Source of the DNA: Klebsiella pneumoniae
Lineage (GTDB): Bacteria > Desulfobacterota > Binatia > Bin18
Length of the DNA stretch: 64,000 nucleotides
Direction of reading: 5' to 3'
Assembly: GCA_945865755.1 (NCBI GenBank)
Contig: CAMBFS010000003.1
Span: 1 to 64,000, forward strand
Both the position numbers and the translations under genes were made by a program. Of the stretch, positions 8,922 to 19,479 are shown one piece after another. The notes beneath the pieces were generated by a model. It was not told the DNA's origin and ran no database searches. It saw only the letters and a program-made list of their open reading frames with translations. Positions within the stretch are counted from its first letter, which is position 1; every line of letters starts with the position of its first letter.

Positions 8922-11900
8922 TCACTGGCTCAATGCTACAAGCAACGCCTTCGCGTCCTGCAAATCCGCGGTATCAAATCCCTCGGTGAACCAGTTATAG
9001 GCCTCGGATAACATCAGGTGAGCCTCGTGCTGCTTGCCTTGTTGTTGCCACAAGCGAGCTAAACTCATCGTCGCGCGGAGTTCCCAGGACTTGGCGCTTT
9101 GCTGGCGGGCGATGGCGATGGCTTTGTGGAAACACTCCTCCGCTTCCGCCTGGGTGTTGGGTGCTAGGGGCTGGGGGCTGGGGTTTTCTAATTTTTGACT
9201 TTTGCTTTTTGACTTTTGACTTTTGCTTTCCTGCGCCAGTAGGAGTTCGCCTTTGAGTCGATACAACTCCGCCTCATACGACCGCTCTCCAGTCTGCTCT
9301 AAAGCAGCGAGCGCTTGCGTAATCGTTGTCAGTGCCTCCGAAATCTTCCCCGCCTTACTATACGCATCTGCCAGGAAAGAGAGCAGAACAGGTTCAAGGA
9401 CTCTAAACCCTACTGCCGAAAAGAGATCAAGCGCCTGACGAATCTGTGTGATGCCTTCTACGGTTTTCCCTTGTTGCGCGTCTAGCCATCCTTGATGCAG
9501 TGTTGCGACCGTGACATAGGCCGGGATGCTTTGTTCTTGGGCAACGGTAGTTAGTTCCCGTTGCCCCTCCTCTACCGCCTGCCCTTCTCTCCGAAAAATG
9601 GACAGGGTCATCGCCGTGCTTAACGTTCCAAGCAGTGAAAGGGCATGCGACGTTTCCCTGGCTAGGGAAAGGGCTTCTTGAGTTCTTTTGCTTGCTTGAT
9701 CTGGATATCCCAGAGTCCATAATACGGCAGCGGTATAGGTGAGGCAGAAGACGCCAGGTTCATGGCCATAGAGAAAGGTATGTCCACGGTGTTGTTGTGG
9801 GTTATAGAGACGGAGCCCACCCTCTAAATGAGTCTGAGCCGAATGTTGATCTCCGATATGATGGAGCACATGGCCCCTGGAGCGGTGCGCTTCGAGCAAG
9901 AGGCTAGGCTCCTGGAAGCGCACCGCGAGAGTGAGGCACTGCTCACTGAGTGATAACGCGACTGAGAATTGCCCTCGTACGACATGGTAGACGACCAAAC
10001 CCAGCAGGATGGGAAAGATGTGGGGCGAATCCTCTAGCTCTTCACACAATGTTCGGGCACGAAAATAAGCCCGTTCCACTTCAGGAACGCTGTAGCCTTT
10101 AGCGTTCATCACCGCGACGCCCAGTGCCATTTGCAGGGGCAATTCTTGTTGGTTGCGTTCAACCGAGGCTGGAAGATGGTTGAGGAGATCGAGCGCCGTC
10201 GTCAGATGTACGCTCGCCTCCTGTGACGCGTTACGACGTAAGGCGCTCTGTCCAGCCACCCCGTGATACCGCACGGCACGGGGATAGTCGCGGGCTTGCT
10301 CAAAGTGCCCGGCTAAGGCCGCGGCAATCTCTTCCGCGCGGTCCCCGTACCCTTGCTCTAATCGCTCGCCAATCTGTTGATGTACTTGGAGCCGCCGACT
10401 CGGCGTCACCCGTTCATAGAGCACGTCGTGATACAACGCATGGCGAAAACTGTAGCGGGCACTGGTCGTGCCATCGGGCCACTGCGTTGTACCGGTGGCG
10501 CGCACAAAGTGCTCGCGGCGGGCGAGGCTGGCACAGTGCTCTTCGACCGTGGTGACGGAGCGCGCAAGACTGGGCGCAATGGTGGCCGCCGCGAACTCCG
10601 TCCCCACCGCACTGGCCGTGACGAGTAGCTGGTGCTCGTCGGTACTGAGCTGATCAATCTGCCGTTCGAGCATCTGCCGAATCGTCGCGGGGACATTGAG
10701 CGGAGCCTGGGCTGGGCCGTCATTCGTGGCGGGACCATGCAGGAGTAAGTCCTCGACGACGTTGACCATAAACAGCGGATTGCCACTGGTGCGGTGGTGA
10801 ATCGTGCGAGCGAGCGGTTGCAGGGGCCTTGCCCGGATCGCCAGATACTCCGCTACCGCGGCCTCGGTCAGGAGCGGCACGGGCAGTTCAACACTGTGGC
10901 GATGAATGGCCAAGTCTTGGGTTAATGTCCGCAGGGGATGGCCATTGCCGAGCACTTCCGTGGGCCGATAGGTGCCGAGCACCAAGAGCCGCGCGGGGTG
11001 TCGCCGCCGCGCCAGGAACGAGAGGGCATCCTGGGTCGAAGGATCACTCCAGTGCAAGTCCTCCAGCGTCAGTATCAGGACGGTGTCCCGCGTCAGGGCT
11101 TCGAGGCCCTCGGCCAACTCCCGGAGCATCCGCTCGCGGGTGGCCCCAAAGGTGTGGACCTGCAACGCCGCCCGATCCGCCGGAGTGGCTAACGCGGACA
11201 ACTGCATTAACCACGTCGGCGCGTACTGCCGCAACGTCGTCACCAGGCGGTCTTGCGTTGGGCCACGGCCGAGTTCCCCGAACGCCGCGAGCAGCGGCAG
11301 ATAGGGTTCACCGGGGCCGAACTGCTCGATGCACTGGCCGTGCGCGATGAAGACCGGTGCGCGGGGCTGGGGGTTTGGGGCCGAAGAAGACAAGGACTGA
11401 GGACTGCGGGCTGAGGACTGCGGGCCGGAGACCTTTGCCTTTTGCGGGTCGCTTTTCTTCTCGGTCCCGGACTCCGGCCACAAAGACCTCAAGCAGGGAG
11501 GTCTTGCCGATCCCCGGCTCACCCGTGACAAAGACAATCTGGCGTTCGCCATCCAGGGCTTTCTCCAACCGGCCATGAAGTTGTTCCAGCTCGGACGCAC
11601 GCCCCACCAGATTGGGGGCGGGGTCAAATGTTGGACTTGGGACCTTCGACCTTGGACTTGGGACTGGGCCGATAAACCGAAACCCGCGCCGATGCACCGT
11701 CTCGATGTACCGCGGGGTACGGGCACTATCCCCCAAAACCCGGCGGAGTTCCCGGATACACACCGTCAACGCCGCGTCGCTCACAATCGTGCTCGGCCAC
11801 ACGGTGAGCAGGAGTTCCTCTTTGGTCGCCACTTGCCCTGGGCGGGCAAGCAGATACCGCAGCACGGCAAAGGCTTTGGGCGTGACCCGCAGCTCGTGGG

Positions 11901-11982
11901 CGTCGTCGCGGAGGGTGTGACTCTGGAGGTCGACGCGAAAATGTCCAAATGCGACCGTCTCTGGCGTCATCAGTTTCCTCAC
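8922..11982 (-). pseudogene. STAND-type regulator 2 (wHTH-AAA-TPR), frameshifted near 11360-11470
   Basis: The wHTH and Walker A are in ORF 11308..11982. The remainder of the AAA and the TPR region are in ORF 8922..11726, in the +1 frame. Close paralog of 2851..5904. Confidence 0.85.
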
Positions 11983-12154
11983 TCTTAGAGAAATCGTAAC
12001 CGTTCACGGGGATAAAAACCTTAATGAATTAGGATATTTACAAAATTGAAATTCGTAAAATTGGACATGTTTTGGCCAGTTTCGATAACGATTGATAGGC
12101 AAAAACAAGCAAATTCAGGTAGTTATACGTCTATGGCATCGATACCCCTCGTGA

Positions 12155-12997
12155 ACGGTTACGCTTGGCTATGCCTACAAGTATGGAGCGGATCCGGCTC
12201 ATGGTGTGCCGAGCAACTTTCACTCCGAGTTGGCCTCCGCGTCACTGGCCTTAAGCGTGGCCTACTCTCTCACGTCGAAGCTCCATCTGGGTGTCGCACT
12301 GAACCCCGCGTATGGACGACTGCGACTGAAAACCCCTTCTCCAGCGGGACGCATCGATGTTGATGTCCGTGGTCCTGGTGTGTTCGGTACTATTGGCGTG
12401 CTGTACCAACCGACTACGCGGCTCAGCCTTGGTGTTACCTATAAGACACCTGGCACCTTATTTCTCTTTGGCAATGCCCGCGTGGCTGGGCGTGGCGATG
12501 ACGCAACCGCGGAGTATCAATTCCCACAGTCCGTGACTGTGGGTGCGGCATACCGTGTCACGTCACGCTTGACTGTTGTCGGACAAGGCCGCTGGACAGA
12601 GTTCTCCGCATTTGAAGATTCGCATGTCGATTTCGAGCAGCGCACGTTCCTCAACCAACCTGCTGCCTCGGGGGTCCACGATCGCTTCCGTTTAGGTGGC
12701 GGGGTGCAGTATGAAGTGTGGCCGGGGATCACTGCTCGTGCCGGGATTTCCTGGGAGCGGGCTGCGATCCGCTCGTCAGCAATGGCACCAGCATTATCTG
12801 ACTTCACCGACATCTTGTTTCCTTTTGGCCTCGGCTTTGAGCACAGACCGTGGCGGGTGAATGTACTCGGTGGGGTGTCGTCTGTCTCCAGCCGGAAGAT
12901 CTCACCGGCGCGGAATCAGTTCTTCCCCGGTCGTTATGAATTCAACATTTCTGCGATGGGGATTGAGGTGACGCGATTGTTGGGCGAGGCGAACTAA
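12155..12997 (+). pseudogene. 5'-truncated FadL/OmpP1-type outer membrane transporter
   Basis: Amphipathic beta strands and motifs (LSVAY..T.KL.LGV.L, LSLGVTYKTP, YQFPQSVTVGAAY, TEFS.FE). An in-frame stop lies at 12152 and the N-terminal half and signal peptide are missing. Confidence 0.7.
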
Positions 12998-13057
12998 AGC
13001 AGACTGCGCATGGTACGTAGCCTTTCCGGAGCTTCTAGCTTCCTCGCGTCGTTCCAT

Positions 13058-13930
13058 TTACACCTGCTGTTGCTCACTCCTCCACCGCTCCTCGGTATAG
13101 GTGTGATATACAATCTGGCCGCGACACCGCATGCACACCACCCCGCGGCGACGGCGCTCCGCCGTCGCGACCCAACAGTGCCGTTCACAGGTGACAATGT
13201 AGCGGGGTGGGACAAACTGGAGATCATGACAGCGCCGCCCGGAGCAGCCAATCTCAATCGCTTTCGCGCGCCACACCTCGTCGTGATTGTGCACTTTCCC
13301 CACCAAGGCATGGGCGATTTCATGCAGGATCGTGTCCGTCAGCTCTTCCTCGGCTGCCTGTTTCGCGAAGGCATACGACAGTGAGATAACCTTCGTCCCG
13401 TACTGACAACAGCCCGCGCGCTTCCGGCCATTGTCAAACTGGAAGCTCCACCCGGCGAGGTGATGCTGTTCCAACAGCGACCGCGCCCGCAGCGCCAAGG
13501 CATCAAGGGCCGTGGGACCGCGCGCGGCGACGGCAACGGGTTGCTTGTCCTCATCGTGGCGCAGGAGTCCATACGCGACGCGATACTCCTGGCCATCATC
13601 GGTGGCGATGTGGCCGAGTGTGGGATTCACTCGCGCCAGCACGCCGGAGAGCACCGTCCCCCGATAGTCAAACTGTACCCGATCGCCAGGCGAGAAGCGG
13701 GCGCGCTGTTGTTCCGCGCGACTCTGAACAGCCCGTGGCGTGGCATCGGGAATCTTTGTGAGCCAGGCATACGGGACGTGCAGCTCGCGCTGGTCGTCGC
13801 ACACGACATGCGCACGGGTGCGACTTTTTTTCACCACAGTCCCGGTCCAGGTGCGCGCCTGATACGTGAACGTGACCCGGTCCGTCACGGCGATGTGGGA
13901 TGCCTCGGTCGTGCTGGTCTTGGTCTTCAT
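13058..13930 (-). CDS. SprT-like zinc metalloprotease with two N-terminal SH3/KOW-like repeats
   Basis: RAGCC, ILHEIAHAL (HExxH), HNHDEVW and a C-terminal Cys cluster. Two ~45-aa repeats DRV.F.Y....G........H...DD..E..V.Y..L. Confidence 0.82.
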   Translation of the reverse strand: MKTKTSTTEASHIAVTDRVTFTYQARTWTGTVVKKSRTRAHVVCDDQRELHVPYAWLTKIPDATPRAVQSRAEQQRARFSPGDRVQFDYRGTVLSGVLARVNPTLGHIATDDGQEYRVAYGLLRHDEDKQPVAVAARGPTALDALALRARSLLEQHHLAGWSFQFDNGRKRAGCCQYGTKVISLSYAFAKQAAEEELTDTILHEIAHALVGKVHNHDEVWRAKAIEIGCSGRRCHDLQFVPPRYIVTCERHCWVATAERRRRGVVCMRCRGQIVYHTYTEERWRSEQQQV

Positions 13931-13939
13931 ACTGCCTCG

Positions 13940-14083
13940 GTACGCGTTCAGCCGTCAGCCGTCAGCTTTCAGCAAAAACAAGGAGTACGCACCTGGTCTC
14001 CTTGTTTTGTGTGAGCAGTTGAGCAAAGTCCTCGGTATTTTCTCGTTTGGCTGACTGCTGAAAGCTGATAGCTGAACGCGTAC
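13940..14083. repeat. Tandem-inverted heptamer array element
   Basis: Perfect 13-bp IR GTACGCGTTCAGC..GCTGAACGCGTAC, with (TCAGCnn)n on the left arm and (GCTGAnn)n on the right arm. Confidence 0.8.
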
Positions 14084-14090
14084 ATTCTCG

Positions 14091-14963
14091 TTAGCGCATG
14101 AGGGTGCGGGCCGCTTCCTCCATCTCCTTGAGCGTGTCATTCACCGTGGGACCCATCATAAACAGCAGGATTTCCGAGACGCCGAGTTCTTCGAGCGCGG
14201 CGATCTTCCCCCGATCTTGTTGCAAGTCGCGGGTCCCGCCAATCATGGAAATCGACAACTCCGACATCTTCCGCCCACGCTCCGCCATTAGGGTTTGCAA
14301 CTGGTCGCGCTTGGTGCGGAAGGTATCCACGGGAATCGGCCCAGGCTGCCAGCCATTGCCGAGGTCCGCGATGCGTTTGAGCGCGGGCATGCTCTCGCCG
14401 CCAAAGATGATCGGCGGATGCGGTCTTTGTACGGGGATCGGATTGGTGTGCAGGGTTGGAAAAGAAAAATACTTCCCCTGAAACGAGGCGGTCTCCCCGG
14501 CCCACATCGCCTTCATCACTTGCAGATATTCGCGCGTGCGGGCGGCGCGCTCACTGAACTGTTCTCCTAGCGCGTCAAACTCTTCTTTCAACCAGCCGAT
14601 GCCGACGCCGAACTGATAACGGCCATGCGAGGCAAGATCGACCGTCGCCACGGCTTTGGCCACGTGGAGCGGATTGCGATACGGGACGATGATGACACTG
14701 GTGCCGAGCAGAATGGTCTTGGTGGCCACGCCGACGGCGGCCAGCAGCACAAACGGGTCGGGCCACGGGGCATTGCGGGCGAACCCGACTGACCCGTCCT
14801 TCGTGTATGGGTAGGGAGCAACGATCTGCTCGGGAATCACAATATGGTCGCCCACCCAGACCGTGCGATAGCCGAGCGCTTCGGCTTGTTGGGCAACACG
14901 AATGTAATCGTCAATCGTGGGATTGGTTCCCACCCCCAGGGAATAGTGCAGGCCGAATTTCAT
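14091..14963 (-). CDS. LLM-class (probably F420-dependent, Rv2161c-like) oxidoreductase
   Basis: WVGDHIVIP, DPFVLLA, GVGIGWLKEEF and PPIIFGGES motifs. Confidence 0.88.
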   Translation of the reverse strand: MKFGLHYSLGVGTNPTIDDYIRVAQQAEALGYRTVWVGDHIVIPEQIVAPYPYTKDGSVGFARNAPWPDPFVLLAAVGVATKTILLGTSVIIVPYRNPLHVAKAVATVDLASHGRYQFGVGIGWLKEEFDALGEQFSERAARTREYLQVMKAMWAGETASFQGKYFSFPTLHTNPIPVQRPHPPIIFGGESMPALKRIADLGNGWQPGPIPVDTFRTKRDQLQTLMAERGRKMSELSISMIGGTRDLQQDRGKIAALEELGVSEILLFMMGPTVNDTLKEMEEAARTLMR

Positions 14964-15153
14964 AACGCGGGCTCCTCCTTTTGGCATCTTCCGCCCGCGT
15001 TATATAGAAACCCCTCTTGAGGCGCAATCGTTCTGATCCCTGTCCGAGGATTCTTTATTGACCTCCTGGGTTTTCAGAACATATCGTCCCAGAGTATAAC
15101 CGGCGTCAAGCCGAGGCTGGTCACGCCTCGCCCGTAACGAAAGGAGACTGTTC

Positions 15154-16326
15154 ATGACATTGCCGCTCGCGCATATTCGTGTGATTGATCTCACCCGCGC
15201 CCGCTCTGGCCCTACCTGTGTCCGCCAACTCGCCGATATGGGAGCCGAGGTGATTAAAGTGGAACAAGCCGATGATGAAGAAGGCGTCAGTCGTCATAAT
15301 TCCGATTTCCAGAATCTCCATCGTAATAAACGGAGTATGGTACTGAACTTGAAGGACCCCCGTGGGGTAGCCATTCTCAAACAACTGGTGAAGAACGCCG
15401 ATGTGGTGGTCGAGAATTATCGCCCAGATGTGAAAAAGCGCTTGGGGATTGCATACGAGGACCTCCGCCCGCTCAATCCGCGCTTGGTGTATGCCAGCAT
15501 TTCAGGGTTTGGGCAGACGGGACCTTACCAGGATCGTCCTGGCTACGATCAGATCGCCCAGGGCATGGGTGGCCTTATGAGTATTACCGGCCAACCGGGG
15601 AGTGGGCCGTGGCGGGTGGGGATTCCCGTGGCGGACCTCAGTGCCGGGCTGTTCGCGGCCCAAGGGGTTCTCGTCGCTTTGCTGGAACGTGAACGTTCAG
15701 GTGAAGGACAGTGGGTGCGCACCTCGCTCTTGGAGGCGATGATCGCCATGCTCGATTTTCAAGCGACACGCTGGTTGATGGACAAGGAAGTCCCACCCCA
15801 AGCCGGGAACAATCATCCCACGAGCATTCCCACTGGCACGTTCCGCGCCAAGGATGGGTACCTCAATATCGCCGCCGGTGGACAACACATGTGGAAACGG
15901 GTGTGCGCGGCGCTGGAGATACCGGAACAGTATGAGGACCCACGCTTCGCCACGGCGGGGAAGCGCTCGAAGAACCGTGACGCGCTGACCGTGGTGCTCG
16001 AAGAAAAGCTCCACACGAAAACGGTTGCTGAATGGGTGGAGATTCTCAACGCCGCTGGGGTGCCTACGGGGCCGATTCTGAGCATTGACCAAGTCTTCGC
16101 CAATGAGCAGGTGCGGCATCTGGGTCTCGCGACGCGGCTCTCGCATCCCCAGCTTGGAATGATCGAGGTGTTAGGACTCCCAACGACACTCAGCCGTACC
16201 CCCGGAGCGGTGCGAACGCCAGCCCCGGAAAAGGGTGAGCATACGGAAGCGGTTCTGCGCGAGTTGGGCATGAGTGGAGAGGAGATTGAGCACCTGCGTG
16301 TCGCTGGAGTTGTCGCGGAACGGTAG
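15154..16326 (+). CDS. Family III CoA transferase (CaiB/BaiF)
   Basis: RVIDLT..GP, HRNKRS..LNLK, ADVVVENYRP and GYDQIAQGMGGLMS. Confidence 0.93.
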   Translation: MTLPLAHIRVIDLTRARSGPTCVRQLADMGAEVIKVEQADDEEGVSRHNSDFQNLHRNKRSMVLNLKDPRGVAILKQLVKNADVVVENYRPDVKKRLGIAYEDLRPLNPRLVYASISGFGQTGPYQDRPGYDQIAQGMGGLMSITGQPGSGPWRVGIPVADLSAGLFAAQGVLVALLERERSGEGQWVRTSLLEAMIAMLDFQATRWLMDKEVPPQAGNNHPTSIPTGTFRAKDGYLNIAAGGQHMWKRVCAALEIPEQYEDPRFATAGKRSKNRDALTVVLEEKLHTKTVAEWVEILNAAGVPTGPILSIDQVFANEQVRHLGLATRLSHPQLGMIEVLGLPTTLSRTPGAVRTPAPEKGEHTEAVLRELGMSGEEIEHLRVAGVVAER

Positions 16327-16377
16327 TGCTCCCGATGAGCAATGGTATGAAGTTGAGGCAGGTGCTGTCCTGGGAGT

Positions 16378-16421
16378 AGGGGCGTCCTGGGAGTAGGGGC
16401 GAAAAATTTTTCGCCCCTACA
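16378..16421. repeat. GTAG-type REP palindrome with an adjacent short duplication
   Basis: GTAGGGGCGAAAAATTTTTCGCCCCTAC, preceded by a duplicated TCCTGGGAGTAGGGGCG. Confidence 0.7.
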
Positions 16422-16430
16422 GCAGCACCC

Positions 16431-18053
16431 CTATTTCTTTAACGACCGCCTATACGCCGCTACTGCTTCTTTTGGAGCACCGTCGAATTGTAAGGTCCCG
16501 TTTTTCAGCCACACTGCCCGCGTACAGACCTGTTCGACAAACGCGAGATTATGCGTCACCACCATCACCGCTTTGGCGGCCTCAATCAGGTCGCGAATTT
16601 TCATGCTGGCTTTCTCATAAAAGGCGATGTCCCCGACATTGAGCGCTTCGTCGAGAATGAGCAGGTCCGGGTTGATCGCGGTGGCCACGCTGAACCCCAA
16701 CCGCACCCGCATCCCACGGGAATAATGTTTCACCGGCTCGTCAATGATGCGCTCCAGCCCGGAAAACTTCACGATCTCATCGTAGACTTCGTGTAGACGC
16801 CACTTGGGAATCCCCATCATCATGCCGTTGAGATACACATTGTCTCGGCCCGTGAGCTGTTCGTTAAAGCCGGTTCCGAACGTCAACAAGGCGGTGAGCG
16901 CTCCTCTGAGCACGACCTCTCCTTGGTCGGCTTGCAAGATGCCACTGAGCGCCTGACACAGCGTCGTTTTCCCTGCCCCATTGGGTCCAATGACCCCGAC
17001 CACTTCCCCTTCGTTAACGGTCAACGTCAGGTCGCGCAGTGTCCAAAACCGATCGTCGTCCGTTCGTCTGAGGATTGGGAGGAAAGCGGACGCACCCTTG
17101 GCGGACACGTCCGTGGTTGTCGGGGTTGTGCTCGCGCGTAAGGTGAACTGGACGCTGAGGTCTCGGACCTCAATGACCGGCGCTCCTGGCGACGGGGGGA
17201 TGATCTCGGGCATTGACGCGGTCACCGGGACCGTGGCTTTCTTTTGCGGACCTGCTTTGGGGATGGAGTCCGTGTAGGCACGGACCACTTCGGTCGCGTC
17301 TCCGTTCGCCTTGACCCTTCCGTTCGCGAGCCACAGTGCTCGCGAACAATAGCGTTCCACGAAGGAGAGTTGATGGGTGACAACGACGACCAGTTTGGCC
17401 TTCTCGGCCAGTTCCCGCATCTTGCGCCCGGCCTTTTCGCTAAACTCCAGGTCGCCCACACTCAAGGCTTCGTCGATTATCAGGATGTCGGGGTCGAGCG
17501 CCGTGGCCACGCTAAACCCCAACCGCGCCCGCATACCGCTCGAATAATGTTTGAGCGGCTGGTCAATAAAGCGCCCCAGACCGGCGAATTCGACAATGTC
17601 AGGCAGCGCGGTGGACAGCGCGCGCCGGGACACCCCTAACATCATGCCGTTCAACAGGATGTTGTCACGCCCGGACAGTTCCGCCTGAAATCCGACGCCA
17701 AGCGAGAGCAGGGTGGACACCGTCCCGGCAATGCGCAAACTGCCGGTATCGGGCCGCAGCAGACCACAGATCGTTCGACAGAGGGTGGTTTTGCCCGCCC
17801 CATTGCCCCCAATGATGCCGATGACCTCCCCTGCGGAAGCCGCCATATCGACCTCTTGGAGTGCCCAGCGCACTTCGGGCTTTCGCCGATGCCGACGGGA
17901 GAAGATGCCGTACGTCAGCGACTGCAGGTCTTCGCGTTTCGTGCCCAGCTCATATTTGATCCCGATATTCACCGCCTCCAGCAGCGATTTTCCCTGGGGG
18001 AGACCGACTTCTGGGACGGCCGCGAGCGGGGCAGGGATAAGACTCACGTTCAA
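16431..18053 (-). CDS. Wzt/TagH-like polysaccharide export ABC ATPase with two fused NBDs
   Basis: Two complete NBDs: GGNGAGKTT/YSSGM/IIDEAL/VTH and GPNGAGKTT/YSRGM/ILDEAL/VTH. Confidence 0.88.
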   Translation of the reverse strand: MNVSLIPAPLAAVPEVGLPQGKSLLEAVNIGIKYELGTKREDLQSLTYGIFSRRHRRKPEVRWALQEVDMAASAGEVIGIIGGNGAGKTTLCRTICGLLRPDTGSLRIAGTVSTLLSLGVGFQAELSGRDNILLNGMMLGVSRRALSTALPDIVEFAGLGRFIDQPLKHYSSGMRARLGFSVATALDPDILIIDEALSVGDLEFSEKAGRKMRELAEKAKLVVVVTHQLSFVERYCSRALWLANGRVKANGDATEVVRAYTDSIPKAGPQKKATVPVTASMPEIIPPSPGAPVIEVRDLSVQFTLRASTTPTTTDVSAKGASAFLPILRRTDDDRFWTLRDLTLTVNEGEVVGVIGPNGAGKTTLCQALSGILQADQGEVVLRGALTALLTFGTGFNEQLTGRDNVYLNGMMMGIPKWRLHEVYDEIVKFSGLERIIDEPVKHYSRGMRVRLGFSVATAINPDLLILDEALNVGDIAFYEKASMKIRDLIEAAKAVMVVTHNLAFVEQVCTRAVWLKNGTLQFDGAPKEAVAAYRRSLKK

Positions 18054-18064
18054 AAGGTAGCTCC

Positions 18065-18850
18065 TTACAGGGCTTTCACAATCTCGTGCTCAAAGCGGCT
18101 GTAGTAGTAGGTCACGCCCGCGATCCACAGCAGGGACCCCAGCCCAATCTCCAACAGTGGTAAGCCATTCGGTCCGCTTTGGGCGAGAAACATCGTCCGA
18201 TAGCTCGCGAGAAAATGTGTCATGGGATTCAAATCGAGAATCCAGCGGTGCCCCTCTGTTACCATCTCTGCTCGCCAAATCACGGGCGAGGTAAAAAACC
18301 ACACGCGCAGCAGGGGACCCACCAGATTGTCAATGTCGCGGATGAAGACACACACATACGCGATCGTCACCGCGAGAGCGACTAAGAAGAGCAATTGCAT
18401 GAGAATCACATACGGCAGCCAGAAGAGGGCGGTGGTCGGAGCAATATGAAAAAACATCGAGCCCAGGGCCACCACCAGGAGGCCGAACCCAAAGTGAAAG
18501 AGTTGGGTCAGCGTCGCACTGAGGGGAAAAATCAGTTTCGGGAGGTAGACCTGACTGATGACGCCAGCTTGCGCGATAATCGAGCGTGCCGCGCTCGCTA
18601 TCGTGGAGCTTGCCCACCGCCACACAATCATCCCCAGAATGAGATACATGCCGTAGTCGTCCCCCCCCGCCCGGTGGAACACCAGCACCACGAGCACATA
18701 ATAGACCGCCACATCCAGAAGCGGGTCGAGCAGCCACCAAAAATAGCCGAGAAAACTGTTGCGGTGTTGCGCCTTTAACCCCGACGCGACCAGATAGACG
18801 AACAAGTCCCTGCGCTTGTACAACTCCTCCACATACCGGCCCATCGTCAC
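18065..18850 (-). CDS. Wzm/TagG-like ABC-2 permease
   Basis: LK..HRNSFLGYFWWLLDP, IRDI..L, WFFTSPVIW and LNPMT motifs; hydrophobic segments. Confidence 0.9.
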   Translation of the reverse strand: MTMGRYVEELYKRRDLFVYLVASGLKAQHRNSFLGYFWWLLDPLLDVAVYYVLVVLVFHRAGGDDYGMYLILGMIVWRWASSTIASAARSIIAQAGVISQVYLPKLIFPLSATLTQLFHFGFGLLVVALGSMFFHIAPTTALFWLPYVILMQLLFLVALAVTIAYVCVFIRDIDNLVGPLLRVWFFTSPVIWRAEMVTEGHRWILDLNPMTHFLASYRTMFLAQSGPNGLPLLEIGLGSLLWIAGVTYYYSRFEHEIVKAL

Positions 18851-19080
18851 GCGTGCTCCTTACCGTTCAACGCCGCTCTTGATCCGAAGCGTTTCCCTAT
18901 TCTTTTGTTTTCCCGCGTTTCTCGCCAAGAGCAGCCCACGGTACGCAACGCCGCTGACCTTAGCGAATGTGACCATAAAAGTCAGCAGGTGCTTACCGGC
19001 GAAGGAAAAATGGCATAACGTCAGCGGGCGGCATCATTCAGAAGGACGGACGAGAAAGCAACCCACACGAAGGAGTGCGT

Positions 19081-19476
19081 ATGGACCAACCATCGGAAAA
19101 AAGCCTGCAACGCATGCGGACGTATGTGAAAAAATACTGGGAGAAGAGTGGGAGCTTTCCTCATCCAGACAAGGAAGTAACCGAAGCCGTGGTGTTGGGG
19201 CTCGCGGCCAATATCGATCAGGTGGGGCGTCCCCTGTGTCCGTGTAACTTTTACCCGGACAAGAAAGCCGAAGTCGAGCGCAGTCGTGAATGGGTATGCG
19301 CCTGTGACGAGATGAAGAAGTGGAAGTATTGTCACTGCCTGCTGTTCGTGGCGCCAGACGGCATGCCGATCACGGAGTATCTCCCGGAAGATCACGAAGG
19401 ACGACAAATCTATGGCCTCGTCAAAGACCCGATTCCCGGAAAAGGGCGAGAAGCATCAACAAAAGAGGAGGAGTAA
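19081..19476 (+). CDS. ftrC: Ferredoxin-thioredoxin reductase catalytic subunit
   Basis: LCPC..CAC..CHCLLF Cys motifs. AAGGAG RBS. Confidence 0.85.
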   Translation: MDQPSEKSLQRMRTYVKKYWEKSGSFPHPDKEVTEAVVLGLAANIDQVGRPLCPCNFYPDKKAEVERSREWVCACDEMKKWKYCHCLLFVAPDGMPITEYLPEDHEGRQIYGLVKDPIPGKGREASTKEEE

Positions 19477-19479
19477 CTC

